Source of the DNA: Alphaproteobacteria bacterium
GTDB taxonomy: Bacteria > Pseudomonadota > Alphaproteobacteria > Paracaedibacterales > VGCI01
Assembly (NCBI GenBank): GCA_021323455.1
Contig: JAJONN010000007.1
Location: 1 to 50,542, forward strand
Length of the DNA: 50,542 nucleotides
Reading direction: 5' to 3'
The notes beneath the pieces were generated by a model. It did no database searches and had not been told where the DNA came from. It saw only the letters and a program-made list of their open reading frames with translations. A program made the translations under genes and the position numbers. Shown one piece after another: positions 28,736-37,093 of this stretch. Within the stretch, counting starts at the first letter, position 1. Each line of letters starts with the position of its first letter.

Positions 28736-28900
28736 GGGCGTGTGATCAATTGAAGGACTTTGTGGCGCACCAAAGGTCAGCGAAGCTAAAATGGTGGGTT
28801 TCGAGAACCGTATCGCAGCATACATAAGGGAGCATTTGAGAAACGGAAGCGTAAGATACCGCCATTTGCAGTCCAAAAGACGATCATTGATCACACGCCC
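28736..28900 (+). mobile_element. MITE with IS5-type ends, copy 2
   Basis: Perfect 15-bp TIRs GGGCGTGTGATCAAT / ATTGATCACACGCCC, TA on both sides, non-coding. Confidence 0.88.
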
Positions 28901-29069
28901 TAGAGTTATACTTCCTCCTTTTGTTCAGGATCCCCAAAATAAATGAAAGGCTCGCCTAGCCCTTCATCCCTGAATCCTGGCGCTTGACCCCCGTACTCAT
29001 TGACGCCTGCTTTAAAAACATGCTTTATAAAAGGTAGTTTTCATAAATTTCCTCAAAGGTAACGCCGTT

Positions 29070-29828
29070 ATGTCCGAAATTTTGCCGATAATACCCCCTG
29101 AAGCGACATCTCTTTCGCGCCTGCCGCGCCATGTCGCCATTATTATGGATGGCAATGGCCGCTGGGCGGACCAAAACCGTGTTTCAACCATTTCAGGGCA
29201 CCGTATGGGCGCAGAAACCACCCGGAAAATTGTCCATCACGCGGCAGTGCGCGGTATCCCCTATTTAACCCTCTATGCGTTCTCCGCTGAAAACTGGCTA
29301 CGCCCCCAAGGATGGGTTGATGAACTGATGGGCTTGCTGCGCTATAGCCTTAAAAATCAAGTCCAGGATTTGGCAGATAATGGGGTTTGCCTGAAAGTGA
29401 TCGGAGATCGGACAAAACTCCCGTCGGACATTGTTTCCCTTATTGAAGAAAGCGAAGCAAAAACAGCCGGAAACACCCGCATAACCCTCCTTATGGCACT
29501 CAGTTATGGGGGCCGTGATGAAATCGTCAGCGCTACAAAAAAGGTTGCTGAACAAGTTAAGTCAGGCACCTTAAAGATAGACGACATCACGTCGGATACG
29601 TTGCGGGACCATCTTTATACAGCCGGCATTCCTGATCCGGACTTGTTCATCCGCACCAGCGGTGAACAACGGATCAGCAATTTTCTTTTGTGGCAAATGG
29701 CCTATACAGAATTTGTTTTTTGTCCGACTTTATGGCCGGACTTTTCAGCAGAAGATTTTGACCAAGCCCTTGAAACATACCAACACAGAGAGCGTCGTTA
29801 TGGTGCCGTTATCGCCTCCAAAAAGTAA
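29070..29828 (+). CDS. uppS: Undecaprenyl diphosphate synthase
   Basis: HVAIIMDGNGRWA, YAFSAENW.RP, SYGGRDEI, IRTSGEQRISNFLLWQ. Confidence 0.97.
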   Translation: MSEILPIIPPEATSLSRLPRHVAIIMDGNGRWADQNRVSTISGHRMGAETTRKIVHHAAVRGIPYLTLYAFSAENWLRPQGWVDELMGLLRYSLKNQVQDLADNGVCLKVIGDRTKLPSDIVSLIEESEAKTAGNTRITLLMALSYGGRDEIVSATKKVAEQVKSGTLKIDDITSDTLRDHLYTAGIPDPDLFIRTSGEQRISNFLLWQMAYTEFVFCPTLWPDFSAEDFDQALETYQHRERRYGAVIASKK

Positions 29829-30618
29829 CTTTGACACGAGCAATTTTGGAAAAAGGACGGTATCTGCCGCCATTGGCGTCCCTCTTGCTGTGGGGGCTGT
29901 TATGGCAGGCTCCCCTTACGTCGATATTCTGGCGATCTTCCTGCTCGGCGTCCTGCTATGGGAATGGTCAAAGATGTCTGGTCTTCCCTTATCTCATCCC
30001 ATGAATGCTGTGGTCGCTATTTTAATCGGATGGGCGATTTTTGGCTCCGGCGCTTTTTTACCAGCTTTTTGCCTGGCATTAGCCGGGTTCTCGTTTATCC
30101 TCTTTTATCACTACCAAGTCGGTGCGAAGCTTGTCCCCTCCCTCCTCCTGCTTTCAGGCCCTTTTTATATTGGCCTTGGCATGACAGCAATCCTGAATCT
30201 CGCAAAAGCTGCTCCTTTAACTTTGTTATGGGCGCTCGTCATTGTGTGGGCGACAGATACAGGCGCTTATGTCATCGGCAGCCTGGTAGGAGGACCGAAG
30301 CTGGTTCCGCGCATCAGCCCTGGCAAAACATGGTCAGGCTTCATAGGAGGGTCCATGCTCGGCTCATCACTGGGCGTCACCCTTGCTCCTTATTGCCAGA
30401 TTGGCCTTGAAAACCCGGCTTTTCTGCTGAGTCTCGCCCTAACCATAACCTTTGTTGGACATACAGGGGACATCCTTGAATCTGCCGCCAAGCGCCTTTT
30501 TAAAGTTAAAGATTCCAGCCGCATTATCCCTGGGCATGGCGGCCTCTTAGACCGGATTGACAGCTTGCTGCTGGTCGCCCCTTTTCTTGTTATTCTCAAG
30601 TTTTTTAAGGTGTTTTGA
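29800..30618 (+). CDS. cdsA: Phosphatidate cytidylyltransferase
   Basis: WATDTGAY, ISPGKTWSG, GDILES..KR..KVKDS..IIPGHGGLLDRIDS. Start position approximate. Confidence 0.95.
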   Translation: MVPLSPPKSNFDTSNFGKRTVSAAIGVPLAVGAVMAGSPYVDILAIFLLGVLLWEWSKMSGLPLSHPMNAVVAILIGWAIFGSGAFLPAFCLALAGFSFILFYHYQVGAKLVPSLLLLSGPFYIGLGMTAILNLAKAAPLTLLWALVIVWATDTGAYVIGSLVGGPKLVPRISPGKTWSGFIGGSMLGSSLGVTLAPYCQIGLENPAFLLSLALTITFVGHTGDILESAAKRLFKVKDSSRIIPGHGGLLDRIDSLLLVAPFLVILKFFKVF

Positions 30619-30734
30619 GGAAGAGTTGAGAGAAGAGAGAGGCCAGACAGAACGCCTAAAGAAGGGTAGATTCAAATTGTCCATATTCTTTGACTATAGA
30701 AATAGAAAACGGACAACTGAAAATGAAAACCTAA

Positions 30735-30911
30735 TGCGCCAATGTCCTCGACACCATGAGTGGGTCGGCTTCCAGCCCAATCGATGATGTTTTAGCAATA
30801 GGTGACCAAGCCCGACAAATAGCAATAAAAATTATTCATAAAAAAAATGCATCCCAACACTTTTGCGCATTTTCATATGGTTCAGAATCAGTTAAGGTTG
30901 CAGATAATTAA
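30735..30911 (+). pseudogene. dxr: Relic of the dxr 3' end
   Basis: NVLDTMSGSASSPIDDVLAIGDQARQIAIKII resembles the Dxr C-terminal helix (VL...DDVL..D..AR..A) and lies at the canonical cdsA-dxr-rseP position. Confidence 0.65.
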
Positions 30912-30935
30912 ACTTTTACGAAACGGGTTCTACCC

Positions 30936-32039
30936 ATGATGTCACTCATTAATTTTGCCGAACATGCGGTTCCCTTCCTCATTGTTTTGACCATCCTTGT
31001 GTTCGTTCACGAACTCGGCCACTACCTTGTCGCCCGCTACAACAAGGTCAAGATTGAAGTCTTTTCTATCGGTTTTGGCCCCGAACTCTTTGGATGGTAT
31101 GACGGGGCTGGAACACGGTGGAAGTTTAGCCTGATTCCGTTAGGCGGGTACGTGCGTATGTATGGCGATGCAGATGCCAGCAGTCGGCCAGATGCGGAAT
31201 CCCTAAACAAAATGAGCGCAGAAGACAAGTCGAAAAGCCTTCATAGCAAACGGGTTGGTCAACGCATGGCGGTCAGTGCGGCTGGCCCTTTTGCCAATTT
31301 TCTGTTTGCCATCATTGTCCTGGCCGGATTGTTTATGATAAAAGGCGAACCCTTTATGCCTGCCGCTGTTGGGGGCGTCATCCCTGGAAAGATTGCGGAA
31401 AAGGTAGGGATCCGGGAAGGCGATAGAATCATCAGCCTGAACGGTGTTTCTGTAAAAGATTTCCACGCCTTGCGTGATTTGATTGTCGCCCATAAAGGAA
31501 AAGACGTTGATATCCGGTTTATGCGCAACAATGCGGAGCAAACCATCCATACAGAAATGGTTGAATTAGACGCTTCAGGCGAAAAAAAGCCTGTTGGCGT
31601 CATGGGCATTACCCCCCCTCTTCCTGAATACCGTACCGTCAACCCTCTTCAGGCTATCACCCATGCGGTGGGTAAAACATGGATGACGTGCGTTGACGCC
31701 CTGACGGGCATTGGCCAAATGATTACGGGTCAGCGCTCCTCTGAAGAATTAGGGGGTATTTTATCCATTGGGGATATGGCAGGGAAAAGCGCCAAAGGGG
31801 GGGTTGCTGCCCTCTTCTTCTTTATGGCCTTTTTGTCCATCAACTTAGGGTTGATTAACTTGCTCCCTGTTCCTGTCCTCGATGGAGGACACTTGTTGTT
31901 CTATGGAATTGAAGCGGTTTGCGGCAAACCCGTTCCCGAAAAGATCCAGGAATATGCCTTTATGGCTGGTTTAGCGCTTGTTTTAGGTGTCATGCTCATG
32001 TCCACATGGAATGACGTTGTTCGTCTTATTTTGAACTAA
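30936..32039 (+). CDS. rseP: RIP metalloprotease RseP
   Basis: HELGH, FSIGFGP, PLGGYV, AGPFAN, PDZ, NLLPVPVLDGGH. Confidence 0.96.
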   Translation: MMSLINFAEHAVPFLIVLTILVFVHELGHYLVARYNKVKIEVFSIGFGPELFGWYDGAGTRWKFSLIPLGGYVRMYGDADASSRPDAESLNKMSAEDKSKSLHSKRVGQRMAVSAAGPFANFLFAIIVLAGLFMIKGEPFMPAAVGGVIPGKIAEKVGIREGDRIISLNGVSVKDFHALRDLIVAHKGKDVDIRFMRNNAEQTIHTEMVELDASGEKKPVGVMGITPPLPEYRTVNPLQAITHAVGKTWMTCVDALTGIGQMITGQRSSEELGGILSIGDMAGKSAKGGVAALFFFMAFLSINLGLINLLPVPVLDGGHLLFYGIEAVCGKPVPEKIQEYAFMAGLALVLGVMLMSTWNDVVRLILN

Positions 32040-32053
32040 AGGATGTCCAGTTA

Positions 32054-34321
32054 ATGTTTACAATTAGAAAAAATACAAAGTCTCTTGTTCTTGGCCTAGC
32101 GCTGTCAACAGCCTTGGCAGCACCTGCTTTTGCACAAGCCATCCAATCCATTCAAGTAACAGGGAACAAGCGGATTGAAACAGAAACCGTCATTTCCAAC
32201 CTTCCTCTTAAGGTCGGGGATTCCTTTGATAACCTCCAGCTAAATCAGGCTTTGAAAGACCTTTTTGCAACCGGTTATTTCGCCGATGTCCAAATTCACC
32301 GCCAAGGCAACGCCCTTGTCGTGGAGGTTGTTGAAAACAGCCTTATTAACCGTATTTCCTTTGAGGGGAACTCAAAGCTGAAGGATGAAAAATTAACCGA
32401 AGAAATCCAGCTACGCCCCCGGGAAGTTTTATCCCGGACAAAGATCCAGGCCGCCCAGCAGCGTATCCTGGAAATTTACCGTCGGATGGGCCGCTTTGAC
32501 GCTACCGTTGAACCAAAAGTCATCCGCCTGGAAGAAAACCGTGTAGACCTGGTTTTTGAGATCAATGAGGGGGAAGTCACTTACGTCCGCAAAATAAACT
32601 TCATTGGCAACAAGCATTTTACCTCTTCCCGCCTGGAAGAACAATTGTTTACCAAGCGCAAACGCTGGTTCCGCCTGTGGGCAAGCGACGACACGTTTGA
32701 CCCGGATCGCTTTACAGCCGACCAACAGCAGCTCCAGCAATATTATTTTGACATGGGGTACCCGGATTTCCGTCTGATATCAGCCGTTGCAGAACTCAGT
32801 CCTGACCATAAAGATTTTTATCTTACCTTTACCATTGAAGAGGGAGAGAAATACACTTATGGAAAAGTGAATATTGTTTCGCACCTCAAGCAGGTCAAAG
32901 CAGAAGACCTCAAATCGTTAATCGACATTCAAAGTGGTGATACCTTTTCCCGTAAGCAAATTGAGCGCACTGTCCTGGCCCTAAATGCGCATGTGGGAAC
33001 GTATGGGTATGCGTTTGCAGACATACAACCCAGAATTGAAAAAAACAGGGCCAAAAAGACAGTTGACCTGACTTTTGAAGTCCGGGAAGGTCCTCATGTT
33101 TATATTGAGCGCATTGATGTCGTCGGGAATGACCGTACCAAAGATAAGGTGATCCGGCGGGAACTCAATATACTAGAAGGGGACGCTTATAACGCAACAA
33201 AGCTAAAGAAAGCAGAGAAAAACCTGAAAGACCTCGGCTATTTCAAGAAGTCCGAGATCCTCACGGAGCAAGGCTCCGCCCCTGACAAGGCGCGTCTGGT
33301 TATTAAAGTTGAAGAGCAGCCCACTGGGGAAATGGGCGTTGCCGCCGGATTTTCAACCCTGGATGGTGTTTTGGGGAACGTCAAGTTTAACGAATATAAC
33401 CTATTAGGAAGCGGGCTCCGGCTCCACGCCAGCGTTACGATTGCCCGCCGGTCACAAGAATATGACGTCGGCATTACTGACCCGTACTTTTTAGGGTATA
33501 ACCTTGAAGCTGGCGTTGACGTGTTCCGTGTCCGTTCGACCCGTTTGTCCCACTATGTTTCCTCGGCAAATGGGATAACCCCCCACATTTCTTATGCCAT
33601 AACAGAATATTTGGGACAAACACTGACCTATACGTTAAAAGATGAACACACCTCGCATGTTGACGATGCCGCATCCATCTTTATTAAGGAGCAAAGAGGA
33701 AAATACTTGACATCCGCTATTGGTCAAACATTGGCCTATGACCGCCGGGACAGCCGCATTGACCCAACTTCAGGATATGTGGTGAGCTTGAGCAACCAAT
33801 ATGCCGGTTTAGGCGGAAAGGTCAATTATTTAAAGAACTCTGTCGGGGGTTCCTGGTTCTACTCCCCCGTTGAAGATATTGTCTTGAATGTTCGAGGTGC
33901 CCTTGGGGGTATTGAACGTGTGGGGAACAAAACCATTCGCATCGTAGATAGTATCCAACTGGGCGCAGATTCGTTCCGTGGGTTTGCCTATGGCGGCCTT
34001 GGTCCCCGAGACAGTATATCGAAAGACCCACTCGGGGGTACGCGCTTCTGGACAGGAACAGTTGAAGTCCTCTTCCCGATCGGCTTACCCAACGAGTTCG
34101 GCGTCAAGGGAGCTGTCTTTAGCGACTTCGGAACGACCTGGAAACCAGGGGTAAGGGGCCCGCAAATCCTTGATAAGCGCTCAACCCGTGCTTCTGTTGG
34201 TCTTGGCTTGTCCTGGACATCTCCCTTTGGGCCTTTGAAAATTGACTATGCGATCCCTGTGAAAAAACAGAAGTTTGATGACACCCAGCGTTTCTTGTTT
34301 GGTTTTAGCTCACGCTGGTAA
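32054..34321 (+). CDS. bamA: Outer membrane protein assembly factor BamA
   Basis: Signal peptide, POTRA repeats, FRGF loop, WTSPFGPL, terminal aromatic residue. Confidence 0.96.
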   Translation: MFTIRKNTKSLVLGLALSTALAAPAFAQAIQSIQVTGNKRIETETVISNLPLKVGDSFDNLQLNQALKDLFATGYFADVQIHRQGNALVVEVVENSLINRISFEGNSKLKDEKLTEEIQLRPREVLSRTKIQAAQQRILEIYRRMGRFDATVEPKVIRLEENRVDLVFEINEGEVTYVRKINFIGNKHFTSSRLEEQLFTKRKRWFRLWASDDTFDPDRFTADQQQLQQYYFDMGYPDFRLISAVAELSPDHKDFYLTFTIEEGEKYTYGKVNIVSHLKQVKAEDLKSLIDIQSGDTFSRKQIERTVLALNAHVGTYGYAFADIQPRIEKNRAKKTVDLTFEVREGPHVYIERIDVVGNDRTKDKVIRRELNILEGDAYNATKLKKAEKNLKDLGYFKKSEILTEQGSAPDKARLVIKVEEQPTGEMGVAAGFSTLDGVLGNVKFNEYNLLGSGLRLHASVTIARRSQEYDVGITDPYFLGYNLEAGVDVFRVRSTRLSHYVSSANGITPHISYAITEYLGQTLTYTLKDEHTSHVDDAASIFIKEQRGKYLTSAIGQTLAYDRRDSRIDPTSGYVVSLSNQYAGLGGKVNYLKNSVGGSWFYSPVEDIVLNVRGALGGIERVGNKTIRIVDSIQLGADSFRGFAYGGLGPRDSISKDPLGGTRFWTGTVEVLFPIGLPNEFGVKGAVFSDFGTTWKPGVRGPQILDKRSTRASVGLGLSWTSPFGPLKIDYAIPVKKQKFDDTQRFLFGFSSRW

Positions 34322-34349
34322 ACCCTCAGGGTTCGGGTGAGGAGGACGA

Positions 34350-34988
34350 ATGACGCAGTGGAAAACGATCCCTTTGATGCTCTTGTTTTTGGGCATTGGT
34401 GGGGCTGCAATGTGGGGAGGGATACAGCTCTCCTCATCCCAGCCTTTCTCGAACCCGCCGCACGAACAGCCCCCTGTTCCCTTGTCCGTGGGTGTTGTTG
34501 ACATCAACAGCATCAAGGCGAATTCCAAGGTTTTTCAAAAGTTTAAAAAGGTTTTGGATGGCCTTAACGCCACCATCCACAAGGAAGTCCTGGAGCGGGA
34601 AACGGCGCTGCGGGCGGAATATGAGCAATTCAAAAAACGTGAAGAAGAAGCCACGGAGCCAACCCCGGAACTCTTAAAGCAAAAGACAGAACTCGATAAA
34701 AAGTACGCTGAACTTGAAAAAACCGTCCAAACACGTCGGGAAGAACTGGAGCAACAATACACACAAGGCTTAATCAATATCAAGCAAACCCTCAAAGAAA
34801 TTATGGAGGATTTAGGTAAAACTCATGGCTTGACGCTGCTCTTGAATAAGTCTATTGGCGATGGCAACCAGATGGATCAGTCCATCGTTCTCTTCTGCAA
34901 TAAAGGCCTGGATCTTACGGAAGAAGTTATTCAGCGCCTGGATGCACAGTTGCTTTCCGAAAATAAGGAAAAAGAGGCTATTCCTTAA
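34350..34988 (+). CDS. skp: OmpH/Skp periplasmic chaperone
   Basis: VGVVDI, long coiled coil, DLTEEVIQRLD; directly after bamA. Confidence 0.85.
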   Translation: MTQWKTIPLMLLFLGIGGAAMWGGIQLSSSQPFSNPPHEQPPVPLSVGVVDINSIKANSKVFQKFKKVLDGLNATIHKEVLERETALRAEYEQFKKREEEATEPTPELLKQKTELDKKYAELEKTVQTRREELEQQYTQGLINIKQTLKEIMEDLGKTHGLTLLLNKSIGDGNQMDQSIVLFCNKGLDLTEEVIQRLDAQLLSENKEKEAIP

Positions 34989-35223
34989 TTTCTTTTTCTG
35001 CGTCCTCCGTAGAAATACCTGCATAAGTTTTACCAAGCTCATCTGTTAAGCTATCAAATTGATATTTTAATATCCTTATTTTTTCAAAAAGGTCAACGTC
35101 AATAAGGGTAGCCATCGGTCTTCCTGCCTTTTTAATAAGGATAGAATCATACCTATATTTGACTTCATTAAGAAGTTCTCTGAAGTTCTTGCGTGCCTCC
35201 ATAGCTGTAATTTCACGGATCAT
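34978..35223 (-). CDS. Phd/YefM-family antitoxin (orphan)
   Basis: MIREITAMEARKNFRELLNEV..DSILIKKAGRPMATLI; GGTGA before the ATG at 35223. Confidence 0.82.
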   Translation of the reverse strand: MIREITAMEARKNFRELLNEVKYRYDSILIKKAGRPMATLIDVDLFEKIRILKYQFDSLTDELGKTYAGISTEDAEKEIKE

Positions 35224-35305
35224 ATAATCACCATAATTTATAGTATATATACAAAAATGTTCAATTGACATAATTCTATGAAAATTATGAATAGACTTGG
35301 TGGGG

Positions 35306-35839
35306 TTATTCCCCTTTCTTCAACCCCTTTAGTCCTTGCGCAAGGGGGCTCAACACTTCTTTCGTGGGATCTTCCGAAAATTCGGGGGCATCCGGTGCAT
35401 GGGGAAACGGATTGAGATTGAGGTATAGGTATTGGGCGGCCGTTTCGCCGAGGTCAATAAATTCATCAGCGTAGTATTCTATGTCCCGCTCATCGTCAAG
35501 GTCGATGATAAATTCTTCTTCCGTGTTTCCTCCCCGACTGGGGCGCAAGAGAATATGAAAGGCGGCCTGGACATGGGCAGGCACGTCTTTGAGCGTTGAA
35601 ACACACGACTGAACAACGTCACCCGTCACGTCTCCTTTAATATGGTAGCATCCTGGCTCTTCTGTAGCATGAGAAAGGGTGAAGTGGGCCGTTAACTGAT
35701 GAATGGCGACCAGCCCAAACCGTACGGCCAGGAGACGGCGCTCTTCTTCCTTGGCCTCAATATGGTAAGTGGCTCCCGTAACGCCGATTTGGTCAAAAAG
35801 GACAACGCGGCTAAATTCGATTACCGACTCTGGTTCCAT
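35306..35839 (-). CDS. DUF177 (YceD) protein
   Basis: LAVRFGL, VVQSCVSTL..V, IDLGE.AAQ.L.L.LNPFP. Confidence 0.85.
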   Translation of the reverse strand: MEPESVIEFSRVVLFDQIGVTGATYHIEAKEEERRLLAVRFGLVAIHQLTAHFTLSHATEEPGCYHIKGDVTGDVVQSCVSTLKDVPAHVQAAFHILLRPSRGGNTEEEFIIDLDDERDIEYYADEFIDLGETAAQYLYLNLNPFPHAPDAPEFSEDPTKEVLSPLAQGLKGLKKGE

Positions 35840-35845
35840 GCCTGG

Positions 35846-36385
35846 TTAATCTCCTGTTAGATCTGTGATGATCTGGGGGATGCTGGTCTCTTGCAACCAC
35901 GCCCATGTCTGGCGCGTATAAGCAACCAAACCCTCAACAATATCATCTGTAATCGTGTCTACAATGCCATAGACATTACGGCGGATAGCCTGTTCTAGCA
36001 TGCCTTTATCCGCCAGTTCCAGCGCTTTATCATAAGCAACCAGACGGCCATAAAACCCCTCCATAAAGCCTTTCAAATGACGGGTCATTTTCAACTCGCT
36101 TATCCGCATGGCACGTAAAGACTCCTCAACATCAGCCACAATCCAGTTACATAAATCCTGAGTCAGGTTGGGGTATTCTTCCAGTTCCACCGCTTCTGCA
36201 ACCTTCAAACGACGGAGCATCAAGGCTAAATGAAGCGCAAGCATCTCAAAGCGCCCTTGCGGCGTATCCGGGACCTGGTAATCTTGAAAAAAAATAAACT
36301 GCCGGGCCTGGCAAGTGACAGCCTGATAGAGTTCAGCTGTCAACGGCGTTGCGAATGGTTTCTTTTTCTTCATCATTTCCATCAT
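35846..36385 (-). CDS. Ubiquinol-cytochrome c chaperone (Cbp3/UQCC1 family)
   Basis: QAR, VPDTPQGRFEML.LH, FYGRLVAYD, IRRNVY; divergent from bamE as usual in Alphaproteobacteria. Confidence 0.88.
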   Translation of the reverse strand: MMEMMKKKKPFATPLTAELYQAVTCQARQFIFFQDYQVPDTPQGRFEMLALHLALMLRRLKVAEAVELEEYPNLTQDLCNWIVADVEESLRAMRISELKMTRHLKGFMEGFYGRLVAYDKALELADKGMLEQAIRRNVYGIVDTITDDIVEGLVAYTRQTWAWLQETSIPQIITDLTGD

Positions 36386-36483
36386 TTAAAGACCTTTATG
36401 ATTGACAGTTTGATGACATGATGTCAAATGTAGAGTAGTTTTTTATTCTTACGATGGACAGGTCTCGTTTAGGTTAGCATTTT

Positions 36484-36939
36484 ATGAAGCGCAACGCATC
36501 CCTTCTTTCTTTATTATTTGTTTCTGCAGCTTTAAGCGCGGGTTGTTCACCCACCATAGAATCGCGGGGATTCAATGCTGAAAATGTTCAATTTAGTCAA
36601 ATCAAGCCTGGAATCCAATCTAAGCAACAGGTTCAAGACATCGCTGGAAGCCCTTCCACAATTCCTTCTTTTGATGCCAATACATGGTATTATGTCTCAA
36701 AGAAAACAGCTGCAACATCCTTTTTTACGCCGACTGTCCTCGACCAGCAAGTAACAGTGATTACTTTTGATAACCGCGGCATTGTTAGTGATATTAAAAC
36801 TTATAAGGGTGAAGAAGCGAAGACGATCAAACCCGTTGACAGAAAGACAGAGACCGTGGGCCATGAAACGGGTGTCTTAAAGGAAGTATTTAGCAACTTC
36901 GGGCGATTAAGCAGTAAAAAACCAACAAAAGCACATTAG
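36484..36939 (+). CDS. bamE: Outer membrane lipoprotein BamE
   Basis: Lipobox-like SAGC; RG, IKPG..SKQQV...GSPS, WYYVS, ITFD. Confidence 0.92.
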   Translation: MKRNASLLSLLFVSAALSAGCSPTIESRGFNAENVQFSQIKPGIQSKQQVQDIAGSPSTIPSFDANTWYYVSKKTAATSFFTPTVLDQQVTVITFDNRGIVSDIKTYKGEEAKTIKPVDRKTETVGHETGVLKEVFSNFGRLSSKKPTKAH

Positions 36940-36965
36940 AGCGCTGAATAAAGGCCACAAGTATC

Positions 36966-37056
36966 CCGCCATTGCGAGGAGCGCGTAGCGCGACGCGGCA
37001 ATCTCAATGGGATAAAGACACAAAGATTGCCACGGCCACCGGCCTCGCAATGACGG
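36966..37056. repeat. REP/RPE-like palindromic repeat, family A, copy 1
   Basis: CATTGCGAGG..GGCAATCT..AGATTGCC..CCTCGCAATG nested inverted repeats; near-identical to 43806-43917. Confidence 0.85.
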
Positions 37057-37093
37057 AAAAAATGACCAACAAAAGAAGCCCATTAATAACCTA

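Noticed and set aside
36414-36426. Palindrome TGACATGATGTCA in the cbp3-bamE divergent promoter
   Set aside because: Single occurrence with no assignable regulator; could be chance.
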